Below are positions 45,843 through 53,889 of a DNA stretch of 64,000 nt, piece after piece (the first letter of the stretch is position 1; each line of letters starts with the position of its first letter). Origin of the DNA: a bacterium (GTDB lineage Bacteria; Actinomycetota; Acidimicrobiia; Spongiisociales; Spongiisociaceae); contig JAPPGU010000073.1 of NCBI GenBank assembly GCA_028821265.1, forward strand, positions 3,149 through 67,148, written 5' to 3'. The notes beneath the pieces were generated by a model. It did not search any database, was not told the origin of the DNA, and saw only the letters and a program-made list of their open reading frames with translations. The translations under genes and the position numbers were made by a program.

Positions 45843-46864
45843 TCCTGCCCTCCCTCCGCTTCGGCGCCCCTGGTGATGTGGAGGGGCCCCGGCATGGAGT
45901 GATAGCGCTCGGCGAAGTGGCACATCGAGACATGGCCCGGCTCCACTTCGACCACAGGGGGAACGGTCCGGCACACGTCCGCAACTGACGGGCAACGATC
46001 CTGGAAGAAGCATCCCTGCGGCAGGTTGCGGAGGTCGGGCGGGGCACCGGGGATGCTGTAGAGGTCGCCGACCCCTCCCTCCACGCTCTCCGTGGACCGG
46101 AGGAGTTCACGGGTGTAGGGATTCGCCGGTTTCTCGAAGACCTGGCTGATGTCACCGAACTCCATGGTCCGACCCGCATACATGACCGCCACGTTGTCGC
46201 AGAGTTCGCCGACGACACCCAGGTCGTGCGTGATCAGCAGCACCGTGAGGCCCATCGACTCGACCAGGTCCCGGAGCATGGAGATGATCTCGGCCTGGAC
46301 GGTCACATCGAGCCCGGTGGTCGGCTCGTCCAGGATCAGGAGGGTGGGGGGATGGATCACGGCGAGCGCGACCATTACCCGCTGCGCCATACCGCCGCTC
46401 AGTTCGTGTGCATACTGGCGGATGGTGCGGCCCGGGTCGGTGATCTGGACCCGCTCCAGGATCCGGAGTGCCGCCTGCCTAGCCTCGTCCTTGGTGGCGT
46501 CCGTGTGGGTCCGTAGGGCCCGACCGAGTTGCTCCCCGACCGTGAACACCGGGTTCAGGGCGGCCTTGGGATCCTGGAATGCGATACCCACCCCGTCACC
46601 GCGGAAGAGTTGCATCCGCTCCTCCGACCAGGAGAGAACATCCTCACCCCGGAAGAGCACCCGGCCGGATACGTAACGGAAGTTCTCGGGCATGAGTCTG
46701 GGGATGTTGAGGGCGGTCATGGTCTTGCCCGAGCCGGTTTCTCCCACCAGGCCGGTCACCTTGCCTTCCTCGATGGCCACGTTGACGCTGTTGATAGCCC
46801 GGACATCACCACCGATGGTGTCGAAGTAACCCTCGAGGTTCTGGATCTCCACCAGGACGGCCAT
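45839..46864 (-). CDS. Peptide-type ABC transporter ATP-binding protein (DppD/OppD-like)
   Basis: [29 protein letters not shown], and a Cys-containing C-terminal tail. Confidence 0.9.
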   Translation of the reverse strand: MAVLVEIQNLEGYFDTIGGDVRAINSVNVAIEEGKVTGLVGETGSGKTMTALNIPRLMPENFRYVSGRVLFRGEDVLSWSEERMQLFRGDGVGIAFQDPKAALNPVFTVGEQLGRALRTHTDATKDEARQAALRILERVQITDPGRTIRQYAHELSGGMAQRVMVALAVIHPPTLLILDEPTTGLDVTVQAEIISMLRDLVESMGLTVLLITHDLGVVGELCDNVAVMYAGRTMEFGDISQVFEKPANPYTRELLRSTESVEGGVGDLYSIPGAPPDLRNLPQGCFFQDRCPSVADVCRTVPPVVEVEPGHVSMCHFAERYHSMPGPLHITRGAEAEGGQE

Positions 46865-46880
46865 CAGGACTTTGTGGCTC

Positions 46881-47786
46881 TCACTTGCGGGACCTCGGGT
46901 CCATCACGTCGCGGACACCGTCGCCGAGCAGGTAGAACCCGGTCGTGAGGGTGAGGACGAACAATCCGGGGAACACCGAGACCCACCACTCGCCGGTGAT
47001 GATCTCCGTCTGGCCGCGGGCGATCATGGATCCCCACTCGGCGGTGCCCGGTTCGATGCCGATGCCCAGGAATCCCAGGGCGGCGGTAACCAGCACCACC
47101 CACGCCGCATTGACCGAGGCGTACGCCAATACGGGCGAGAGGCTGTTGGGCAACAGGTGGCGGAAGGCCACCCGTGTAGCCGATCCACCCACCATGCGGG
47201 CCGCCTCGGCGAACTCCCACGTGCGTTTGGTGAGGATCTCGGCCCGCACCAAGCGGGCGTAGTAGGGCATGCCGATGAAGGCCATCACCACCACGACGTT
47301 GAGTTCACCGGGCCCGATGGCGACTACCACCATCATCGCCAGCAGCAACGTCGGGATCGATTGAAGGATCTCGAGGAGGCGCAGGAGGATGAGGTCCACT
47401 ATCCCGGCGTAGTAGCCGGCGATCGTACCGAGAGCCACCCCGGCCACCAGGGCTGACACCACTGCCGACGCGGTGATCCGCAGGTCGAGGGCGGTGGCCG
47501 CGATCGTCTTGGAGAAAACGTCCGAACCCACCTTGTCGGTGCCGAACCAATGCTCGGCGCTGACACCGCTCAACGGATCCCCCACCAGTACCGCACTCGG
47601 GTCGTGGGTGGTGATGAACCTGGCGAATAGCGCGATCAGGATGAAGATTCCCACCAGGATGGTTCCGGCCGTCAGGCTCTTGCTCTGGCCGAACACGTAC
47701 CTGATCTTCCCCCACCTGCTGCGTCCCGGCGCGATGACGTCGAGCGAACCGCCTTCCGGAGCATGGTCGGCTGTCAAATCGATCAC
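46881..47786 (-). CDS. Peptide-type ABC transporter permease (DppC/OppC-like)
   Basis: 301 aa, polytopic, with an EAA-like loop (EFAEAARMVGGSATRVAFRHLLPN). Confidence 0.85.
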   Translation of the reverse strand: MIDLTADHAPEGGSLDVIAPGRSRWGKIRYVFGQSKSLTAGTILVGIFILIALFARFITTHDPSAVLVGDPLSGVSAEHWFGTDKVGSDVFSKTIAATALDLRITASAVVSALVAGVALGTIAGYYAGIVDLILLRLLEILQSIPTLLLAMMVVVAIGPGELNVVVVMAFIGMPYYARLVRAEILTKRTWEFAEAARMVGGSATRVAFRHLLPNSLSPVLAYASVNAAWVVLVTAALGFLGIGIEPGTAEWGSMIARGQTEIITGEWWVSVFPGLFVLTLTTGFYLLGDGVRDVMDPRSRK

Positions 47787-47796
47787 GACTTCCTCC

Positions 47797-48813
47797 TCAT
47801 CTCGTCCTCGGGTCGATCAGCATGTAAACGATGTCCACCAGGAAGAACGCCACGATGTAGGTGACCGATGCCACCACGACGAAGCCCTGGAGGGCGGTGA
47901 AATCCGACTTGAGGATGGCATCGAGCCCATACTTGCCCATCCCGGGCCAGTTGAAGACCGCTTCCACCAGCACGGCGCCGGTGAAGACGAAACCCACGAT
48001 CGTTCCGATCATGGTGACGATCGGAAGCAGGGCGTTCTTCAGGGCGTAACGGAAGTAGATGACCTGCTTGCGGATGCCCAACGCCTTGGGCGTACGGATG
48101 TACTCGGAGCGCATCACCTCCACCATCGAGGCGCGAGCCACCCTCGTTATGGGGGCCACGATGACCACGCCGAGCGTCAAGCCGGGGAGTATGAGATGGC
48201 GAACCGACTCCCACCACAGCGTCAAGTCCCCCCGAATGAGGCTGTCGAGCGTATACAGCCCGGTGATCTTCTCGGGCGCTACCGCACCGAGGGGCAGCCG
48301 GCCGACCGGCCCGGGCAGCCAGCCGAGGATGACGAAGAAGATCAGGATGAGCACCAGACCGAGCCAGAAGGACGGAAGCGCCATCCCGATAAGGGTGATG
48401 CCTCGCACCGAGAAGTCCAAGGGACCGTCGCGTCTCGCCCCTGCCAGCACGCCCAAGGGGACGCCGATCACGATGGCAAAGGTGAGGGACACCACGGCAA
48501 GCTCCACGGTCGCGGGAAGCCGGTCCCACAAGTCGCTGGTGACGGGCCGGCCGGTGATAGTCGACTCACCCAGGTCGCCTTGGGCCAGGTCGGCCAGGAA
48601 GACCCCGTACTGCTCGGGGATCGACTTGTCCAGGCCCAGCTCGACTCTGATCTTGTGGCGGAGTTCCTCGTCGGCCTGCGGGGGAATGTACAGCGCTACC
48701 GGGTCGGGCGCGAACACCCTCGCTACCAGGAAGGTGAGCGTGACGACGCCGAAGACTACCGGCGCTACCAGAAGGAGCCGGGTGAACAGTTGGCGGGACA
48801 GCCCGGAGTCCAT
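47797..48813 (-). CDS. Peptide-type ABC transporter permease (DppB/OppB-like)
   Basis: 338 aa, polytopic. YIRTPKALGIRKQVIYFRYALKNALLP loop. Confidence 0.85.
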   Translation of the reverse strand: MDSGLSRQLFTRLLLVAPVVFGVVTLTFLVARVFAPDPVALYIPPQADEELRHKIRVELGLDKSIPEQYGVFLADLAQGDLGESTITGRPVTSDLWDRLPATVELAVVSLTFAIVIGVPLGVLAGARRDGPLDFSVRGITLIGMALPSFWLGLVLILIFFVILGWLPGPVGRLPLGAVAPEKITGLYTLDSLIRGDLTLWWESVRHLILPGLTLGVVIVAPITRVARASMVEVMRSEYIRTPKALGIRKQVIYFRYALKNALLPIVTMIGTIVGFVFTGAVLVEAVFNWPGMGKYGLDAILKSDFTALQGFVVVASVTYIVAFFLVDIVYMLIDPRTR

Positions 48814-48856
48814 CCCCGACCAGTCCTACAACGGATCGCCCGGCCAGAGCCTGAGG

Positions 48857-48899
48857 CATGTGACCGCGGCGTGATGGGTCAACGCGCCGCGGTCACATG
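48857..48899 (-). promoter_or_regulatory. Strong intercistronic hairpin (15-bp perfect stem CATGTGACCGCGGCG / CGCCGCGGTCACATG, 13-nt loop)
   Basis: Read from the sequence. It lies between the SBP gene (stop 48918) and the first permease gene (start 48813). Confidence 0.6.
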
Positions 48900-48917
48900 A
48901 CCGGAGAGCCGCTCGGA

Positions 48918-50777
48918 TCACCCGGCCGGCCTCAACAGGTACTGGCGCAGATGCGGGTCGGCAGTGAACGCCACACCGGTGACCTCCGGATGCACTGCGC
49001 CGGGGAATCCCCGCACGGCAAGCATGATCATCGGGAGGTCGCGCGCCGCGATCCTCTGGGCCTCACGGTACGCCTCGGCCCGCGCTTCGAGGTCCGGGTT
49101 GAACCGGTTCTCGAAGTGCAACTTGTCGATTTCGATATTCGAGTAGTGGGTTGCGTTCGAGAATCCGCCCACACCGACCGGCCCCGGGAACCCACGGGTC
49201 ACCAGCCAGAGACCGACATTCGGATCGGCGTCGTCCAGCCAGATCAGCCCGCTGCGCATCTGGATGCCGGCCATCAACGTGGCGTCGTCGTACCGGGCCG
49301 TCGTCTGCTCCTGGTACTCAGTCGCCGGTAGTGGCCGGAGAGCGACGTCGATCCCCACCTGCGAGAGGCTGGCCTGAAGGAATAGGGCGATGTCCTCCCA
49401 CTCCTGCCGCTCTTGGGTGTAGAACAGCTCGGTGGAGAACCCGTCCGGGTAACCGGCCTCCGCCAGCAACTCGCGGGCCCTGTCAAGGTCGGTGTCGTAG
49501 TCCCACGCCGGAATGTAGGAGGGCGATGCCGGATTGACGATCGAGTAGGAGCGGGTCGCGTTGGTGAACGCGTTCTCCACGATCGTGTCGTAGGGCACCG
49601 CGTGCGCGAGCGCCTGGCGCACTGCCAGGTTGTCGAACGGCGGTGTGGTCAGCGGGAGGTCGAGGCGCCAGATATCGGGGATCTCGGCGTTGACGATGGT
49701 GAAGCCGGCCTCACCGAGGGCATTGAGTTCCCTGGTACCCAGAGCGAAGGCCACGTCCACCTCCCCCCCGAGCATGAGTGCCGTGATGTCCGCCGGGCTG
49801 CTGAGCGTCCGGTAGATCACCCGGTCGAAGCCGTTGTAGGCCTCGCCGAGCTGGTTCTGGTCCCCTTCGGTCCAATGGCCTGGGACACGGCGCAGGATCA
49901 TCTCGGTGCCGGGTGTCGCCGACTCGATCACGTACGGGCCCGACCCCTCCGGGTTCTCCTTGATCCACTCGTGACCCCAAGGATCCTCATCCGTGGCGCG
50001 GGCCTGTAACTCGACCGAGTCCACGATCCCGAAGATCGGGAACCTCATGCTCGGCAACGAAGCCTTGAGAAGGAACGGGGTCCCGTCGGCCAACTCGTAG
50101 TCGAAACGGATGGTGTAGTCATCTATGACCGTGACCTGGCGAGACGGCTCGAAGATACCGGCCAGGTTGGAGTTGAACGTTCCGAAGCCCGGGACCTCGA
50201 TCGCTCGCACGAAGGAGTACCGGATGTCGTGAGCAGTCAGGGGGTTACCGGTCTTGTTGAACGTCACGCCTTGGCGGATCGTGAACGTCACCGATCCTCC
50301 GTCGATCTCCCAGCTCTCGGCCAGGCCCGGCGCTACGCCGAGGCCGTCCCATACGAAGGTGCCGTCCTCGCGCTCGGTGAGCGAGTAGGTGAGGAGCCGG
50401 TCGTAAAGGCCGACGCCGGCCTCGCGGTTGAAGTTGAGGAGGCTGTCGGGTGGATCAAGACTGTTGGGGTACCCGGTCCAGGCGATCACCACCGTCTCGG
50501 CGTCCTGCACGCGGTCCGGAGCCCTCATCACATCACCCTCGTCGATCTGAGGCGGCTGGGTGGTAGGTGGTGTGGTGGTCGTCGCCTCTGCCGTCGTCGG
50601 GGCTTCTGTGTCAGCGGTCGTAGCCGCCGCGGTGGTGGTGGGTGCGGCTGTGGTGGTGGGTGCGGCTGTGGTGGCGGGTGCGGCTGTGGTCGCCGGCTCG
50701 TCGTCACCGCATGCTGCAGCCACGATTGCAAGAACCGCCATCAGTATGAATGGGTAGTAGAACCGCTTCCGAGTCAT
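48918..50777 (-). CDS. Family 5 (peptide/nickel/opine-type) ABC substrate-binding lipoprotein
   Basis: 619 aa. Lipobox AIVAAAC, a long Thr/Ala/Pro linker, then a family-5 SBP-like body. GGGAGG SD upstream. Confidence 0.8.
   Translation of the reverse strand: MTRKRFYYPFILMAVLAIVAAACGDDEPATTAAPATTAAPTTTAAPTTTAAATTADTEAPTTAEATTTTPPTTQPPQIDEGDVMRAPDRVQDAETVVIAWTGYPNSLDPPDSLLNFNREAGVGLYDRLLTYSLTEREDGTFVWDGLGVAPGLAESWEIDGGSVTFTIRQGVTFNKTGNPLTAHDIRYSFVRAIEVPGFGTFNSNLAGIFEPSRQVTVIDDYTIRFDYELADGTPFLLKASLPSMRFPIFGIVDSVELQARATDEDPWGHEWIKENPEGSGPYVIESATPGTEMILRRVPGHWTEGDQNQLGEAYNGFDRVIYRTLSSPADITALMLGGEVDVAFALGTRELNALGEAGFTIVNAEIPDIWRLDLPLTTPPFDNLAVRQALAHAVPYDTIVENAFTNATRSYSIVNPASPSYIPAWDYDTDLDRARELLAEAGYPDGFSTELFYTQERQEWEDIALFLQASLSQVGIDVALRPLPATEYQEQTTARYDDATLMAGIQMRSGLIWLDDADPNVGLWLVTRGFPGPVGVGGFSNATHYSNIEIDKLHFENRFNPDLEARAEAYREAQRIAARDLPMIMLAVRGFPGAVHPEVTGVAFTADPHLRQYLLRPAG
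50623..50694. repeat. 18-bp tandem repeats (GGTGCGGCTGTGGTGGTG-like, 3 full copies plus 1 partial) encoding the A-P-T-T-T-A linker of the SBP
   Basis: Units at 50641, 50659 and 50677, read from the sequence. They translate on the minus strand to ATTAAPATTAAPTTTAAPTTTAA. Confidence 0.85.
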
Positions 50778-50882
50778 TGTGCCTCCCTTTAGGGGCTGAT
50801 TCGACGCTCAGCCCTGAGCCGTTCGAACCAGGGGCCGCGAAACCTTCCGTGTTGCTGGATCATACCCATCGGCTCTCAAGCG

Positions 50883-50900
50883 CGTCACGCGAAAGCGTGA
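50883..50900 (-). terminator. Hairpin GTCACGC-GAAA-GCGTGAC directly downstream of the TenA-like gene
   Basis: A 7-bp stem with a tetraloop, 10 nt past the stop of 50911..51573 (minus strand). No U-tract, so it may be an attenuator or stabiliser rather than a terminator. Confidence 0.35.
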
Positions 50901-50910
50901 CTAGATGGGT

Positions 50911-51573
50911 CTAGACCGGCCAACTCCGCATGTGATAGGCGTCGTCCCAGAACATCCACTCGTAGCGCATTCCGAGGCGCCACTTCTCGAGGAGCCCATC
51001 GAGGTCATCCTGCTCGAGGCCGACGGTCAGCCGATCGACGGCGGCGCGGAAGTCGTCCATCAGGTCGTGGTGGATCTTGCTGCCGTAGTACTCCATCCAG
51101 GATTCGCGGCGCTCCTCGCCGATGTTCCCCGACACCTGCTCGCCGATGAGGTCGTATGTCCAGGGGCAGGCAACGAAACTGGCCAGCCAGTCGATCGTGC
51201 GCCCGTCGAGCGCGTTGTACCACATGTGGTACGTGTACCCCCTGCAGGCCGGCGCCATGGGTGGCAGGTTGTCCGGGTCGCCTCCGAAGCTCTTCAGCAG
51301 GTCGCCCTGCCGTTCGTCGCTCGGTTCGAGGTTCCAGTCGCGGGTGAGCAGGTCGAAAGTCTCCTTGTCGGGCGCCTTGGCCGCTGCAACCAGCCGGCAC
51401 CGGTAGACGGCGTCGACGTATTGGAGGTTCTGTTCGAAGTAGAAGCGGAGCACCTCGTCCGGGAGAGTTCCCGCTTCGAGTTCGACGAGGAAGGGATGGC
51501 TCAAGATCGCGTCCCAAACGTCGCCGGTGTTATCCCAGAACCACTGTGCCCGGCTTGATGTTTGATCGCCCAT
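50911..51573 (-). CDS. TenA/thiaminase-II family protein (second paralog)
   Basis: 220 aa. HPFLVELEAGTL, FVACPWTYDLIG and the C-terminal RYEWMFWDDAY follow the same pattern as 43362..44009. Confidence 0.8.
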   Translation of the reverse strand: MGDQTSSRAQWFWDNTGDVWDAILSHPFLVELEAGTLPDEVLRFYFEQNLQYVDAVYRCRLVAAAKAPDKETFDLLTRDWNLEPSDERQGDLLKSFGGDPDNLPPMAPACRGYTYHMWYNALDGRTIDWLASFVACPWTYDLIGEQVSGNIGEERRESWMEYYGSKIHHDLMDDFRAAVDRLTVGLEQDDLDGLLEKWRLGMRYEWMFWDDAYHMRSWPV

Positions 51574-51652
51574 GGGCCTCTCCTCTCTTGTTCCCGGCGC
51601 GAATCGTAGCTGTTAGGTTGCCGCCTTGAGAGTCGGGACGGGAGGGTTTCGG

Positions 51653-52414
51653 ATGTCCGTGCTTCCGGGAAGGAGGGCGGTGGTCACCGGAGCCGCCTCG
51701 GGCATCGGCGCGGCCACAAGCCGACGGTTCGCCCGCGACGGAGCCTCTCTTGCCCTGGTGGATCGCAATGCGGACGGCGTGGCTCGCGTAGCCGACGAGA
51801 TTCGTTCGGCGGGGGCGACCGCGGTTCCCGTTCCGGCTGATCTGGCGAAGGCCGCGGACGTGGACCGTGCGATAGAGGAGTCGGTGCGGGGACTCGGCGG
51901 GATCGACATCCTGGTGAACTGTGCGGGGGTGGGTCAGCATCCCAAGCCTATGGAGGAGACGGATGATGCCGAATTCGACCTCATCTTCTCCGTGAATGTT
52001 CGGAGCGTGTTCCTCATGATCCGAGCGGCGCTTCCGCATCTGGCGCAGTCAAGCGAGGCGGTCATCGTCAACATCGCGTCGAACATCTCGATCCGGCCCC
52101 GTCCCGGATACGCGGCCTACACGGCGAGCAAGGGAGCGGTGGCATCGCTCACCCGGAGCCTGGCACTCGAGCTCGCCCCAAGGAACATCCGGGTCGTGGC
52201 GTTGTGCCCGGCGGCTTCGGATACCCCGATGCTGGTGGAGTTCATGGGGGGTAAGAACACCACCGAGAGCCGTGCTGCCATCGCCGAGGCGATCCCGATG
52301 GGCCGCCTGGTGCAACCGGACGAAGTGGCCGCCGTGGCCGCGTGGGTAGCATCCGAGGACGCCCGGATGGTAACCGGAGAACTGATCTCCGTGGACGGCG
52401 GCCGGGGCCTCTGA
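51653..52414 (+). CDS. SDR family oxidoreductase
   Basis: ATG 51653 follows GGGAGGG. TGAASGIGAAT, NCAG, and the catalytic YxxxK (YTASKGAV). Confidence 0.85.
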   Translation: MSVLPGRRAVVTGAASGIGAATSRRFARDGASLALVDRNADGVARVADEIRSAGATAVPVPADLAKAADVDRAIEESVRGLGGIDILVNCAGVGQHPKPMEETDDAEFDLIFSVNVRSVFLMIRAALPHLAQSSEAVIVNIASNISIRPRPGYAAYTASKGAVASLTRSLALELAPRNIRVVALCPAASDTPMLVEFMGGKNTTESRAAIAEAIPMGRLVQPDEVAAVAAWVASEDARMVTGELISVDGGRGL

Positions 52415-52742
52415 CGACTAACCCAGTTGCGGCGCGCCGACCGAGCGAGGCGGACAGGCCACCCCCACGGTTGAGAAACCGCCCAGATCCACCGGGGGTC
52501 TTAGGGACAGTTCCCGACCCTCGGCAGATACCAATCCATCGGGAGCCGCTCACGGCGCAAGCCTGGTTTTTCCATGAGGCCGGGGCGACTCCCAAGCTGC
52601 ATTCGGCGGATGGTGTCTTCCTGGAGGTCGTGGTCCGTTGGCAGGCGGTGCCGGTGGTCAACGACCAGTTCCGCCTCGGCATCGATCCCTCCGCGGTCCT
52701 CACCGTCCATGCGCGATGGGTTCACCGCCCCTGATGTGCTGG

Positions 52743-52773
52743 CCGGGCCGGCCGCCCGTGTTCGCCGGCCCGG
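52743..52773. terminator. GC-rich hairpin CCGGGCCGGC-(11 nt)-GCCGGCCCGG downstream of the Zn-ADH gene
   Basis: A 10-bp perfect stem, 17 nt past the stop of the minus-strand ADH (52790), in a 375-nt convergent gap. Confidence 0.45.
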
Positions 52774-52789
52774 AGCACGACCTCCGCCG

Positions 52790-53872
52790 CTACGACTCCC
52801 TATCGAACGTGATGACCGAGCGGGCCACGGTTCCGCGGTCGAGATCGTCCATGGCGATCCCGATGTCCTCGATGGGTCGGGTCCGTCCGATGAGTTCGTC
52901 CAGCTTGAGCATGCCCCGGCGGTAGAGGTCCAGGTACCTGGGAATGTCGGTCCGGGTCCGGGTCGATCCCATGTTCGAGCCCTTCACCGTCTTCTCGTAG
53001 AGGAAGTCAACGCCCGGCAGCGAGATGTCGACTCCCTCGGGGATCATCCCGATCAGCACGGCCGTACCCCCGGGCCGTAGCGACGCGAATGCATGCTCGG
53101 CGGTCGTCTTCTGCCCTATGGCGTCAAACGCATAGTCGACGCCCCCGTGCGTGATCTCCATCAACTCGTCCACCGGGTCACGCGAGATGATGACGTCGGT
53201 GGCGCCGAACTTTCGAGCGGACTCCGCCTTGCCCGGGAACACGTCGATGGCGACGATCCGGCCCGCACCCGCGACCGCGCTTCCCTGGATGACGTTCAGC
53301 CCGACCCCGCCAGCGCCTATCACCGCCACGGTGGCGCCGGGCCTCACGCCGGCGGTGTTGAAGACCGAGCCCAGGCCGGTGATCACCGCACATCCGACCG
53401 TCGACGCGCTGAGCAAGGGTATGTCCCGATCGATCCTGGTCACGGCGTGTTCGTGGACGAGCATCATCTCCGCGAACGCCCCAACGCCCCAGTAAGGATG
53501 TATCTCCTCCCCGGACCGCGACAGGCGCGGGCGGCCGCCATCGCGCATCGTGCCCTCCTGCTGGCAGAGAGCCATCCTGCCGGCCAGGCACCACTCGCAA
53601 CGGCCGCAGAAGACCATGAGGCAGGCCACGACATGATCCCCCGGAGCCACGTACCTCACGTCCTCACCGACAGCTTCCACGATCCCCGATGCCTCGTGGC
53701 CCATCACGGTGGGCAGCGGGGTCGTGTAGTGGCCCACGAGATAGTGGTGATCCGATCGACAGACACCGGCGGCGACGGTCCTGACCAGTACCTCGCGCGG
53801 AGCCGGGGTGTCGACCGCGACATCTTCGATTCCGAGCCGGCCCGGGATGGACCTGAGAACTGCTGCTTTCAT
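52790..53872 (-). CDS. Zinc-dependent alcohol dehydrogenase (MDR family)
   Basis: 360 aa from ATG 53872. GVCRSDHH, GHEASGIVEAVG, a structural-Zn Cys cluster CGRCEWC, and GAGGVG Rossmann. Confidence 0.85.
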   Translation of the reverse strand: MKAAVLRSIPGRLGIEDVAVDTPAPREVLVRTVAAGVCRSDHHYLVGHYTTPLPTVMGHEASGIVEAVGEDVRYVAPGDHVVACLMVFCGRCEWCLAGRMALCQQEGTMRDGGRPRLSRSGEEIHPYWGVGAFAEMMLVHEHAVTRIDRDIPLLSASTVGCAVITGLGSVFNTAGVRPGATVAVIGAGGVGLNVIQGSAVAGAGRIVAIDVFPGKAESARKFGATDVIISRDPVDELMEITHGGVDYAFDAIGQKTTAEHAFASLRPGGTAVLIGMIPEGVDISLPGVDFLYEKTVKGSNMGSTRTRTDIPRYLDLYRRGMLKLDELIGRTRPIEDIGIAMDDLDRGTVARSVITFDRES

Positions 53873-53889
53873 CACTCGCTCCCTTCGAG

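Noticed and set aside
50560-50700. Tandem repeats (the 18-mers here and the heptamers at 27884 and 11424) as possible CRISPR arrays.
   Set aside because: The units are contiguous with no unique spacers and are far shorter than CRISPR repeats. The 18-mers lie inside a coding linker. No cas genes are present.
51574-51652. A TPP (THI-box) riboswitch upstream of the TenA paralogs. The plus strand contains CTTGAGAG.
   Set aside because: The spacer is only 79 nt and lacks the ACCTGA/pyrimidine-sensor helix pattern. The partial CUGAGA-like match is on the strand leading into the SDR gene, not into tenA.
52501-52725. A 74-aa minus-strand ORF in the 375-nt convergent gap, considered as a transposase or integrase relic.
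   Set aside because: There are no DDE, HTH or recombinase motifs and no inverted repeats flanking it. The composition is similar to other spurious ORFs.
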